39,423 nucleotides of DNA from Eledone cirrhosa (taxonomy: Eukaryota). The notes beneath the pieces are model-generated. The model was not told the origin of the DNA, searched no databases, and worked only from the letters and a program-made list of their open reading frames with translations. The stretch lies in contig CAXHJY010001402.1 of the NCBI GenBank assembly GCA_964016885.1, positions 1 through 39,423 of the forward strand. Direction: 5' to 3'. The number at the start of each line of letters is the position of its first letter. Positions within the stretch are counted from its first letter, which is position 1. Below are positions 25,036 through 36,420 of this stretch, in pieces. The position numbers and the translations under genes are program-made.

Positions 25036-26296
25036 AAGGCTCATTTGACCGGTGTTTATCCTGGTTTTATGGCATGAAGCAACTGAGAGGACAAGACTCC
25101 CCCTGAGTTCAAATCTTGCCAAGATTAACTTTGGCGTTCATCCAGTTATGTTCTGCAGTCGATTTAATCGACTTCCCCTGCACACCAGGTCCGAACACTG
25201 AAGAGCCAAACTCCCACTGCCATCACCTCCATCTCCCTCACCCCTCCCCATCTCTCATATACACCAGGTCGTTTGAACACAGAAGAGCTGAACTCCCACT
25301 GTCATCACCTCCATCTCCCGCACTCTCCTCGTCTCTCTCTATTATGAGCAAACGGGGTCCCAAGTGCTGGCCACCCCACGGCCCTGGCGGAAAAAATGGA
25401 GGAGGCGTTTGCAGTCTCATGACTCAACAACCCTCTACATCACTCTCAGAATTCCTGCACACTTCCTCCAATCACTTCCTCACCACGTTTTCCTCACCAC
25501 ATCATTATCTATCTATATCTTCTTATGTCATACATCTATTGACTCATGTCTAAGTATTTCTGTATATTCAGTATAATTGCTGCACCAGGAATTTTGTATA
25601 TTTTGGAGGGGGTGACTATCTTCTCATGTCAAGTGCTATGGAAGGTGTGAACCCAAACATGTATATTTTGGAGGGGTGACTATCTTCTTCTTTTAGCTCT
25701 TGCTCAATGAGGCCAGGGCCATTCTAAGCCAGCGATCCCAAAGCCAATCACTAATAAATTTTTGGGGGTTGGGGATGGATTTTATTTATTTATTCATTCA
25801 TTCATTCATTCATTCACACTAATAAATGAATGAGTGAATACATAAAAATATAATACCCCCCGCCCCAAAAAAACGTTTCACAAGGAAATTACCGTATTCT
25901 TCTGTGTATTGTGCACATTCATATACAACGCTCACCCCCCCTCCCACTTTTTTGGCCAGAAAGAATGTCTAGAAAATCCTAGTTGCGGTGTATAAACATT
26001 TAGTTATGGTGTATATCACGTACCCCCAAAACAAACAAGGAAAAAGTGAAAGAAACTGTGCGCTATACACACGGAAGAATATAGCTTAGAATTTCATGCC
26101 AGCTGGCATTGTTGGTTGAAGTTGAAGTAATTATGATGTAAAATTTTAACTCTTTCGTTACCATAATTATAATGAAGAACACTGTGGTTTTCAAATAATT
26201 CTGAGAATAATCAAGAATTTGGAGGGATTTGGTGAAAACTTAGCAACTTTATCATTACCAAGGTTATATTTGGAACATAGCTTAACAAAGGTTCTT

Positions 26297-26545
26297 CATC
26301 ATCATCATCAACGTTTAACGTCCGTGTTCCACGCTTGCATGGGTTTGGACAGGGGTATTCCCACTTGAGGCAAGAGTGATTGTCTTGCTCGCATAGGACT
26401 GTCTGGCAGGTTTTCTACAGTTGGATGCCCTTCCTAACACCAACCACGTTTACAGTGTGAGTCTGGGAGGTTTTTACCGTGTTGCCTACACGGCCACATT
26501 ACAGCGTGGACTGTGTGTTTTTTTGTCGTGACACCTACACAATCT
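26297..26545 (-). mobile_element. RTE 3' UTR fragment
   Basis: (CAT)n, CGTTTAACGTCCG and GGATGCCCTTCCTAACACCAACC, as in 7316-7470. Confidence 0.7.
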
Positions 26546-26770
26546 CATTTGTTTCGGCCTGGATGGTGTGGCACCAACATAACTTTACATAGAAGGGGGC
26601 GGTGTGGATGGGGTGGTGGTGGTGGGACGGGGGTGTATTTTGTTCTTACATAAAATTATTATTATGGAGGGTTTTAAGATAAATATAAACATATACACAT
26701 TTGAATAAACATTTCTGTTTAATTGAGCTAAGTCTGGTTTGAGGAGGTTTAGTATAAAAAAAGGCTAAAT

Positions 26771-26824
<54 letters not shown>

Positions 26825-26882
26825 TATATATACACCCATGCACATATCTATAGGATAGTTTATTAAATGAATTGTGGCTGTA

Positions 26883-26918
<36 letters not shown>

Positions 26919-26925
<7 letters not shown>

Positions 26926-27150
26926 TAACAGATAAAAGTTTAAGCAAAGAATCGCTGCTTTCACCCTTAACGGGATCTTCTGAAACTGTTTCAGAAGATC
27001 CCGTTAAGGGTGAAAGCAGCGATTCTTTGCTAAACTTTTATCTGTTATTTTAATAAATATTTGCTCTACGGTTCTTATATATTTGATATATATTTATCCT
27101 TATCGAGCCCTCTTTGGATTTTAGGCTTCACATTTATTATTATTACTGTA
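26919..27150. mobile_element. Family A fold-back element
   Basis: About 66-bp near-perfect hairpin centred near 26987, plus a 3' extension; TA flanks. Confidence 0.7.
26937..26987 (-). ncRNA. Hammerhead-like motif with variant core CAGAAGA (family A)
   Basis: Identical fold to 24166-24216, on the minus strand. Confidence 0.6.
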
Positions 27151-27312
27151 TCTATATCTATAGAGAGAGATGAACCCGACCGTGACACCATGAGGTTTTG
27201 GTCCATATCTCTCTCTCTATATACCCACTCTACACCTCATCATGCATTGAGTACACCCATGATTTGTGGTCACTCTAATCTCAGCACCACAGACTTTCTC
27301 TCTTTCTCTCTC

Positions 27313-27349
<37 letters not shown>

Positions 27350-27656
27350 GACAAACCATCCCATTCCTTATACAGGTTGGACCTTAATAAATCTGGCAGC
27401 ATTGATTTGGGACGGAGATTTGAATATGGCGGTCATTAGTTTGTAAGACTACCACTTGGCCAGCTGTGGCAGCACCATCGCTATATATTATTTACGCCCA
27501 TCACAGTTTATTTACACTTGTTGATAGATGCTACTACAGAGGTTGAGATGTGTTACCTTTGTTTAGTTTTACTGTTATTTTACATTTAACATTTTACATT
27601 TACTTTCGTTACCATATTTATAACAACGCTACCGTTTATTTGGGGTGGGGTTTAAG

Positions 27657-27803
27657 CAATGTCGGATTTACCATTGTGCTTAGCTGTGTTTAAGCACAGG
27701 GCCTCGTTGGCCAGGGAGTGGGGGTCCATCTTTCAGCTCCCCAAAATGTTTACGATGAATTTTTCAAATATTTGGGGCCTCATTTGTTTTAAATCTAGCA
27801 GTG
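27657..27803. mobile_element. Diverged copy of the hAT-like MITE, opposite orientation
   Basis: CAATGTCGGATTTACCA ... GGGCCTCATTT...TAAATCTAGCAGTG mirrors 28967-29113. Confidence 0.55.
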
Positions 27804-27831
27804 TATATACTATACATGTATATTATTATTT

Positions 27832-27966
27832 TGGCGATATCGGTAGAGAGTTGGACGCCATCCTTTGCAACATAGAGTTACGGCCCTTTACGGTCTGAGT
27901 TCAAATCCCACCGAGGTTAACTTTGCCTTTCATCCTTACGGGGGTCGATCAAATAAAGTACCAGTA
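27832..27966 (+). mobile_element. Older SINE family fragment
   Basis: CTGAGTTCAAATCC...AACTTTGCCTTTCATCCTT..GGGGTCGAT.AAATAAAGTACCAGT. Similar pieces at 22108-22265, 14395-14500, 29217-29330 (+) and 14600-14710, 28315-28450 (-). Confidence 0.65.
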
Positions 27967-28966
27967 AGAAAGAAATTATAAACACGACCATACTAACATA
28001 TTTAGAGTTAATAGAAAACCAAAGAACAAGTATATTGAAACAAATTATTGGAGGGGCTTAAGCGCTAAAAGACTCTCAGAACAGGAAGGTGTGTCTAATG
28101 AAATATAATGTAATTGAATTCATTTATGAAGGATTTTAAAAGGATTTCATAAAATTCTTTCTTTTTTTAACCTGTATTGACACACGGCATTTCTTGATCA
28201 TTTTAAAACCTGGTAGATCCCATGTCATTCCTAGGTCTAAACACACCAGATTTCTTCCAGAGAAAGATAGGGAGTGAGACAAAGAAAGTAAGAAAGAGAT
28301 ATAGAGGAAGAATCAATCCCAGTACTTGACTGCTACTTTTTTTGTTTGTTATCCACCTCGAAAGAATGAAAGAAAAAGTTAGCTCCGGTGGGATTTGAAC
28401 TTAGAGAGTAAGGCATTCTATCTGACATTCGGCTACCAATTCGTTGCCGACTAAAATTATTAGTTACTTCATTATTCAGATGATATTACAGTGCAAAGCA
28501 TATAAATAAATTTACAGTAGAATAACATAACAAATATGTTTTAAATATATACATAGATAACATTATAAATTGCTCGCAATTCTTTCAGAAGGATATATTC
28601 TTTTAATGTTGCAATATCAAAGAAAATGTAAAGGAAGATATTCAAGGCAGAGAATTGACAGAATCGTTAGAGCATCGAAGTTCAACTTTGCTTTTCGTCT
28701 TTCTGGGGTTGATGAAATAATATAACAGTGAAACTCGTCTTGTTCCATGGTTACAAAGAATTAACATGTTTTTTTTAACAACAAAAGGTTCTTATATCAA
28801 ATTGCGTTGACAGATTTTAATTTACATAGGAACCCTTTAAAACGGGTGCTCACGTTTCATAGAACCAGACACTGTTTGGGCGGGTTTTTATCAAATGTGT
28901 TAAATATACCCTTAAATAAGCAGCAAGTAGTTCAAGTGGTAGTAAGACATAAGTGTATAGCATTGA

Positions 28967-29113
28967 CAGTGCCGGGTTTAGGATAAATGAGGCCCTGTAC
29001 TAGTTAAGTTATGAGGCCCCTTACTTGGGCCCTGAAGGAGGTAAAACATTTTTTGGGGCAGGAAGATGCCCCCTCTCCCCTGGCCACCTAAGCACATGGT
29101 AAATCTAGCACTG
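28967..29113. mobile_element. hAT-like MITE with 8-bp target site duplication
   Basis: TIRs CAGTGCCGGGTTTA / TAAATCTAGCACTG; flanks AGCATTGA / AGCACTGA. Confidence 0.7.
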
Positions 29114-29559
29114 AGCACTGACAGTTATAAAAGGTTTCGGTACTCAAGGAAAAGTACAAGATTATGGTATACTGGGGAGAGTAAGGTGTGCAGAATATAG
29201 TACCAGTAATACAGTATGGCGGCGAATTGGTAGAGTCGTTGGATAGAGTGCTTTGTGGTATTCGTTACGACTCTGAGTTCAAATCCAGCCGAGGTCAACT
29301 TTGCCTTTCATTCATTCAAGGTCTATAAACATTTTCTTCCTCTATTATCTCTTCCTCGCTTCTTTTCTCTCTCTCATCCTTCTCTCGAAGAAATCTACTG
29401 TATTTAGACCCGGGGAGGAGATGGGCTCTCCCGGGTTTATACAATGCCCTAGAAACGTTGTATGTCAATACGACACTCCTCCGCCTCCAACATGCAATAC
29501 AGCATTTTGCCGTACGCTTCACTGATTTCGGCAAATCCGCGGTAAATGTTTACAATTAC

Positions 29560-29670
29560 ACACGTCTCGCGTAGGCTTATAGAGAAGATACTTGTTCAAG
29601 ATGTCAGGCAATAGAATCGAACCCGTGACATCATCATTGAGAAATGAACTTCTTAACCACTCAGCCATAG
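29560..29670 (-). mobile_element. tRNA-like SINE head
   Basis: Minus strand TGGCTGAGTGGTTAAG...GGGTTCGATTC boxes without a full cloverleaf. Confidence 0.5.
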
Positions 29671-29877
29671 TCATCATCACATTCTTCTCAACTGGAACAT
29701 GTTGACACTAACATATATGTATGTGTTGCCTGTGTGGTGTGTCCATGCCTCTGTGTGGTGTGTATGTACCTGTCTGAGGATGTGTGTACCTGTGTGGTGT
29801 TTGTGTGTGTTCTTATGTGTCAGTATGCCTCTGTGTATGTATATGTGCGCGCGCACCTGTGTGTGTGGCTGTGTACC

Positions 29878-29913
<36 letters not shown>

Positions 29914-30011
29914 CATTGCCGCAGTGAAATACCTGTTCAACAACAAACAACGAAGTTTTCTAATTAAGGAAATAATGAAAATAATGATAAAATAATGAGA
30001 GTGAATCTTAC

Positions 30012-30735
30012 CTTGCAAACAGGTCTCCCGGTAAACACAATCACAGCCGTATCCATTATCCGTTTGAATACAAATACAACCTTTGTCACAGACCGAAGCA
30101 TTTTTACATGCTGGTTTAACAGCGAAGTCATCATCGATCGCACTGACAAGTTTGGCACGAACAGGAATACAAGAACAATTTCCATAGATCACATTCCGAA
30201 TTAAACCCTTAAAACGTGTGGAAGATTTTGCTTCTGGGTTGGAGACTTTACTGTTGTCAAGCCCTAACAACATGCCTCCGAAGTACACGTAATTATGGAT
30301 GTTTTCAGAACCGAATATGAAATCCGTTCCCTCGAATCGCATCTGTTTCGTGATTTTATCAACCGTGAAAGTAGTTATTTCGTTGTTTCGTTTCACAGTC
30401 ACACTGTGCCACTGATCGTTATCAAAATCTCCCGCGATTTTCAATGTTTTGGCCACATCAGGACGATTTGAAATCTTAATCGTCAATGATATAATTCCAT
30501 CGTTTAGATCGATCTGAAAGAAGTCCATTACACCATTGTCATCTGTGTACACGAGAAGAGAGGACTTTTGTTCGGTTTTGAAACTAAAAGAGAGACTGGA
30601 ATTTAAACAGACATTCCATAATGAAAATTGGGCATAAGATCTTTGTGTGCCCGCTAAATAAACACTAAAAACTGACGGACAAATGCATAGAAATGCCAGT
30701 CCGACCAGTGTCAATCGAGTCATTTGATTAGCCAT
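30012..30735 (-). CDS. First coding exon of an alpha-neurexin (Nrx-1-like): signal peptide, laminin-G/LNS1 domain, EGF-like domain
   Basis: ATG at 30735. Hydrophobic leader MANQMTRLTLVGLAFLCICPSVFS. LamG motifs FSFKTEQKSSLLVYTDDNG..DFFQIDL, DNDQWHSVTVKRN, VYFGG and FKGLIRNVIY resemble invertebrate neurexin LNS1. Cys pattern C..C..C.C....GYGCDC follows. GTAAG donor at 30011-30007 gives a 724-nt, phase 1 exon; the ORF read-through past it is microsatellite. Confidence 0.85.
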
Positions 30736-31067
30736 TATAGGGCTTTTATTTTTTCTACTGTAGCTCCTTGTTTAAACGGCTACCCACATTAAAGCTGTGA
30801 CCATATACAAACTTAATCAAAACATATTCAGATCTATAAATGTTCGCCCCACGATTGTGGGGTCGATAAAAATATAAAACAAATATATGGTACCAACAAT
30901 ACTAGGATGTGTGGATGTTATTGGTTGTATGTAATAATCCTTTTTATAATAGGTTTTCCTTTTTAAAAAAAATGTTATGATAGACTGGAAATATCCAAGT
31001 TTGTTTCAGTAGTAAAACACTCCTGTGTTCCTGCAGATTATCCGTTTATAAATATGAGTATTGATAT
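30736..31067 (-). other. Putative 5' UTR part of the neurexin exon, starting at a splice acceptor
   Basis: Minus strand TTTCTTTATTTCAG|ATATC polypyrimidine tract plus AG at 31081-31068, followed by unique sequence up to the ATG. Confidence 0.45.
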
Positions 31068-31145
31068 CTGAAATAAAGAAATTCAAAGACTCAATAAATA
31101 ACGTATTATTGATTGATTTATCCGAGAAATAAAAACAACCGAGAA

Positions 31146-31187
<42 letters not shown>

Positions 31188-31271
31188 AAAGGTAAACAGA
31201 AATAACAACACAATCGGTACAGTATATGGAAGGTATATATTAGGTTAACGCTTGATATAGCAGGAAGAAGG

Positions 31272-31307
31272 TCTTAACGTTTCGGACGCTAATCCTTCAC
31301 CAGAAGA
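31272..31307 (-). ncRNA. Minimal Penelope-type hammerhead with core mutation (CUGGUGA), probably inactive
   Basis: TCTT-CTGGTGA-a-GGA ttagcg TCC-GAAACGTT-AAGA, with the palindrome AACGTT in place of stem III. Confidence 0.55.
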
Positions 31308-31423
31308 AAGAATGAGAAATAAGATAGATTGAGGGGACGGGCGGGATGGAATTGGAAAAAATGTCTTTAGATAAAAATAACAGATTCATTCATGTTGACA
31401 TCTCTTAAATCCGTTGCTTTACT

Positions 31424-31467
<44 letters not shown>

Positions 31468-31661
31468 AAATGTGTGAGATCCTTGGTACAGTTAAGTATA
31501 TTTGAAAAAAAGGAAAAGAATGACTTCACTTGTAGTGTTAAAAGATTTTTGATTTAATTTTATAATATTATAATATCATGAGTTGGTAGATCCAGTTATA
31601 TATATATATATATATATATATAGTATAAGAATAAAGGAACAAAGAATCAGTGTTGAATCAT

Positions 31662-31755
31662 AACATATTACATATGTTTCACTGTCAATCAGCTCGAGGA
31701 ACGATCTATTATTGATCGAACCTGATTCTGGAATCGAAAGATCCTCAGATATGCT
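31662..31755 (-). ncRNA. Type I hammerhead ribozyme with long stem II and palindromic minimal stem III (family D)
   Basis: AGCATAT-CTGAGGA-[61-nt interrupted hairpin]-GAA-AC atat GT-A-ATATGTT. Confidence 0.75.
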
Positions 31756-31867
31756 TCAATATTTAAGCTCGTCTCGGATGTTGACTATATATATATATAT
31801 ATATATATTATAAAAAAAACGAAAAATCAGTGGTGCATACAGAAGCACCGTAGCTACCACTATACAC

Positions 31868-31922
<55 letters not shown>

Positions 31923-32088
31923 TCAAAGATGTATTATTCACACGAATTTCAGCAGGCCAAACACCTCGAGAGGATAGAATGTTACTCAAGTAGAAAAATA
32001 CTTTAAATATCTTTCATACATATTATATATATATATACATACTTTAATATGTATACATAATATTATATATATATATATATATACATAC

Positions 32089-32123
<35 letters not shown>

Positions 32124-32260
32124 CTTACATATGAATACATATTATATATTTATCTATTTATACATACACATACTTACATATGTATACATAATATTATATA
32201 TCTATCTATACATATATATATACACATACATATGTATACATAATATTATATATCTCTCTC

Positions 32261-32318
<58 letters not shown>

Positions 32319-32319
32319 G

Positions 32320-32361
<42 letters not shown>

Positions 32362-32535
32362 ATGTGTGTGTTTGTATAGGTATATACCGTTTGTATTTAT
32401 ATTTAGCGGTTAATATGCGTTAATTTATAAGTTTTTTAAGGTGAATTTTACCGATCTCATATAATAATATTATTTCATTGTAACATTGTCTCTTTGTGTG
32501 TGTGTATATATATATACATATATACACACATATAT

Positions 32536-32653
32536 AATTTAGTACTCGTCAATTAAGCTCACCGCTTCGACGGCGAGTGTATATATATATTCATATGTAT
32601 GTATGTATAAACTCGACGTCGAAACGGTGAGCTTAATTGACGAGTACTAAATT
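32536..32653. repeat. Inverted repeat (about 43-bp arms) in a TA tract
   Basis: AATTTAGTACTCGTCAATTAAGCTCACCG.TTCGACG.CGAGT versus ACTCGACGTCGAAACGGTGAGCTTAATTGACGAGTACTAAATT. Confidence 0.8.
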
Positions 32654-32677
32654 TTATACACATATATATATATATAC

Positions 32678-32737
<60 letters not shown>

Positions 32738-33189
32738 TGCCTCTGTGTATGTGTATATATATATACATATACACACACACACACACAGGCAATGTTTACA
32801 ATATAAAGAGAAACAATACAAAATAAAATAATAATAAGTTTAAGGTTACTTAAAAGAAAGATGGTTGAGATAGAGAAAGAAAAAATGACAACATACAAAG
32901 TAAAAGAGTATTCCACAAGTAGTTTTAACAGTAGTAAGTAATCCAAAGTGTTTGATTAAATATATTTAGATGAAAGGGCTTCTCAATTTCCGAATATAAA
33001 ACTTTGATGAGGGTTTTTTTTAAAGAAAAAAAACAAAACTAAAAAAAAAACAAGAGAAAACTTATCAGACGTACACAGTCGGTACTAAAAGCTCGTGTAT
33101 AAGTCGGTACCGTCACTTTAGACCCACTTCCCCGACGAACTAAGCACTAACTTGGTAACAATATTCTTTCGTTGTCTTCCCACCTCACA

Positions 33190-33715
33190 CTCTCTCCCAC
33201 TCTCTATCTCTAGATTCGTTGATAAGTTCTTGTGCCCCTCCCTCACATTTCCTCACATTTCCTCTCTCTCTCTCTCACTGTGTTTCTCAACTCTTTCTCT
33301 TTCTTTCCTCCCACTCTCTCTCTCTAGATTCGTTGATAAGTTCTTATGCCTCTCCCTCACATTTCCTCTCTCTCTCTCTCACTGTGTTTCTCAACTCTTT
33401 CTCTTTCTTTCCTCCCACTCTCTCTCTCTAGATTCGTTGATAAGTTCTTGTGCCCCTCCCTCACATTTCCACTCTCTCTCTCTCACTGTGTTTCTCAACT
33501 CTTTCTCTTTCTTTCCTCCCACTCTCTCTCTCTCTAGATTCGTTGATAAGTTCTTATGCCTCTCCCTCACATTTCCCCTCTCTCTCACTCACTGTGTTTC
33601 TCAACTCTTTCTCTTTCCTTTTCTCCCACTTTCACTCCTTGCTCTTAATTACCTCTCTTTCTCCCCCTCTCACTGTGTTTCTCAACTCTTTCTCTTTTCT
33701 TTCCTCCCACTTTCC
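33190..33715 (+). repeat. CT-rich tandem repeat of about 105-115 bp, 4 copies plus partials
   Basis: TAGATTCGTTGATAAGTTCTT at 33211, 33325, 33429 and 33535. Confidence 0.88.
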
Positions 33716-34085
33716 TGACTCTCAATTACTTCTATCACCCCCCCACCCCCTCTCTCTCTCGTTTAGTTTACCAACTCCTCCTACTCCCCTTATGTCAGTT
33801 CCACTCTATTCGCTCTTTCTATCTTTCTCATTTACTTTATTTGTCTCTATCTATCTATTTCTCACTCTCTCTGTTGTTTTCTCTCTTTTCCGCCACCCCC
33901 GTCTCCCACTCTCCTCTCACTTGTTATATATAGTAAGTCCCCACCCCCGCTCCTGCCACCCCTGCTTCTTTCATTTCACCCCAAGTGTTGAGGTATATGC
34001 ATATATGCACCAGTAATCTCTCGCTTGTGGGCGAATAATTTTTGTATACACACACACACATACACACATATATACACATATATAC

Positions 34086-34386
34086 ACCAGTTTAAGTTCT
34101 TATAGTATATATATATATATATACACACCAGTTTAAGTTCTTATAGTATATATATATATATACTAGTTTACGTTCTTATAGTATATATATATACTAGTTT
34201 AAGTTCTTATAGTATATATATATATACACCAGTTTAAGTTCTTATAGTATATATATATATATATATATACACCAGTTTAAGTTCTTATAGTATATATATA
34301 TATATATATATATACTAGTTTACGTTCTTATAGTATATATATATATATACTAGTTTGTTCTTATAGTATATATATATATATATATA
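34086..34386 (+). repeat. AGTTTAAGTTCTTATAG unit x8 separated by variable (TA)n
   Basis: Direct reading. Confidence 0.85.
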
Positions 34387-34425
34387 GTAATAATAATAAA
34401 TGTGAAGACTAAAATCCAAAGAGGG

Positions 34426-34495
<70 letters not shown>

Positions 34496-34503
<8 letters not shown>

Positions 34504-34742
34504 AAGGCTTTTACAGGACAAGACCTGTTTCATTCGGGAGAAATCATCAGGAAGCCTGATGATTTCTCCCGAATGAAACAGTTCTAGTCCTGTAGAAGCC
34601 TTTCTATATTAAATATTTATACTCTGCTTTGTATTGAGTACCTTACTTACTGTGGTTACCCCCGATTGAACCCGGGATATATAGTAGGCTGAGATACAAC
34701 CGGTACAACCGGTACATTGATTATACTGGGTCCGTCAACTCC

Positions 34743-34746
<4 letters not shown>
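34496..34746. mobile_element. Family B fold-back element
   Basis: Hairpin 34496-34610 with a 3-nt spacer, plus an extension; TA flanks. Confidence 0.7.
34505..34557 (-). ncRNA. Type I hammerhead ribozyme (family B)
   Basis: AGGCTTC-CTGATGA-t-TTC tccc GAA-t-GAA-ACAGG tcttgt CCTGT-A-aAAGCCT. One stem I mismatch; the opposite arm keeps GAAGCCT. Confidence 0.75.
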
Positions 34747-34800
<54 letters not shown>

Positions 34801-34809
34801 TTTCCTTCG

Positions 34810-34840
<31 letters not shown>

Positions 34841-34841
<1 letters not shown>

Positions 34842-35021
34842 GTTATTCCGGGTTGAATCGGAGGTAACCACAGTAAGTAAGGTACTCAATACATAGCAGA
34901 GTATAAAAGTTTTAATATAGATGAGATTCTACAGGACTAGAACTGTTTCATTCATTAGAAATCATCAGGAATCTCTGATGATTTCTAATGAATGAAACAG
35001 TTCTAGTCCTGTAGAATCTCA

Positions 35022-35027
<6 letters not shown>
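34841..35027. mobile_element. Family B fold-back element, opposite orientation
   Basis: Hairpin 34916-35027 with a 6-nt spacer; extension on the left; TA flanks. Confidence 0.7.
34923..34975 (-). ncRNA. Type I hammerhead ribozyme (family B)
   Basis: GAGATTC-CTGATGA-t-TTC taat GAA-t-GAA-ACAG ttctagtc CTGT-A-GAATCTC. Confidence 0.85.
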
Positions 35028-35049
<22 letters not shown>

Positions 35050-35052
<3 letters not shown>

Positions 35053-35248
35053 CGAAGGAAATGTGGTAAGGAACCAAGTGGACCATAACGCACCAAAGTA
35101 CTCAATACTTAGGGTAGTAGAGTGGGTAATAGGAACGAGTAGGACCCCGACGGCTGAGCTCAAGCCGTTTCGACGGTTAATTCTGGACTAAATGTCCAGA
35201 ATTAGCCGTCGAAACGGCTTGAGCTCAGCCGTCGGGGTCCTACTCGTT

Positions 35249-35253
<5 letters not shown>
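35050..35253. mobile_element. Fold-back element carrying a hammerhead 3' half
   Basis: 60-bp arms within 35129-35253, spacer TAAAT; GAA-ACGGCT tgagctc AGCCGT-C. Related copy at 37679-37735. Confidence 0.6.
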
Positions 35254-35303
<50 letters not shown>

Positions 35304-35657
35304 GTTTTTCTAGCAACGTACCTTCATAGCGTGCGTTGGGTGTTTTTGTTTCCTATTTCTTTTCTATTATGAGTGTTGTTTCGTGTTTATTGAGTGAGTA
35401 AAACTTTACAGAATTTGTGTGTGTTTGTGTAAAACCTGTTATGATAGGGGTGCGTCTGTGACTATAAATCAACTGTGCATGTCAGCGTGTGTGTGTATGT
35501 GTGTGTGTGTGGGGGGTGGGGTGTGGGGGGGTGTGTGGGTGTGTGGGTGTGTGTGTGTGGGTGTGTGTAAATAAACAAGAGAACATATCTAGGTTTGTGT
35601 ATGTGTCTGTATGTAAACACGAGAGAGTGTGGATGTTTGCGTTTATGTATATGTATG

Positions 35658-35689
<32 letters not shown>

Positions 35690-36329
35690 CAGGAGAATGT
35701 GACTGTTTGTGTGTGTATGTGTGTGTAAAGGGGGAAAGTATATGGATGTTTAGGTGTGTGTGAGACAACGGGAGAGCAATCTAGGTGTGTATGTGTGTGT
35801 GTCAACAGGAAAGCATATCTAAGTGTGAATGTGTGTGTGTGTGTGTAAACGAGAGAGCATATCTATATATATGTGTGTGTGTGTGTGTAAACGAGAGAGC
35901 ATATCTATATATATGTGTGTGTGTGTGTGTAAACGAGAAAATGTATGTGTTTGTGTGCATATTTGTGGGTGTGTAAACGGAAAAAGGTATGAATGTTTAT
36001 GTATGTGTGCACGTATGTGTGTGTGTGTGTGTGGATGCATATTTTTTCGCGCGAGCCTAGGAGCACGCAAATTGGAGAGAGAGTGAGGGATAATAGAGAG
36101 AGGGGGGGGGGGGCGAAAGAGAGAGAGAGAGAGAGAGGGGAGACGTGAGAGATGTGAGAAAGAGAGAGAGGGGGAGATGTGAAATAGAGAGAGAGGGGGA
36201 GATGTGAGATAGAGATAGAGAGATAGACAGAGAGAGAGAGAGAGAAGAAGGTTAAGTAATTATATACAAACAATTGTGAAAAAAATGGATGACAAACCGG
36301 CATGACAAGAAGAACATTTCAAAAACGTG

Positions 36330-36375
36330 AGGTGTGTATGTGTGTATATATGTGTGTGTGTGTGTGGGTGTGTGT

Positions 36376-36420
<45 letters not shown>

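Noticed and set aside
26919-27053. miRNA precursor or intrinsic terminator interpretation of the hairpins
   Set aside because: Arms are near-perfect duplications of dispersed repeats with variable apices and asymmetric extensions. An inverted-duplication origin fits better, although small-RNA production is not excluded.
29677-30011. C-terminal extension of the 352-aa ORF
   Set aside because: Lies after a GTAAG donor and runs into (CA)n; intron read-through.
33060-33180. Possible upstream non-coding exon or promoter of the neurexin gene
   Set aside because: Slightly CpG-richer unique sequence, but no convincing splice or promoter signal.
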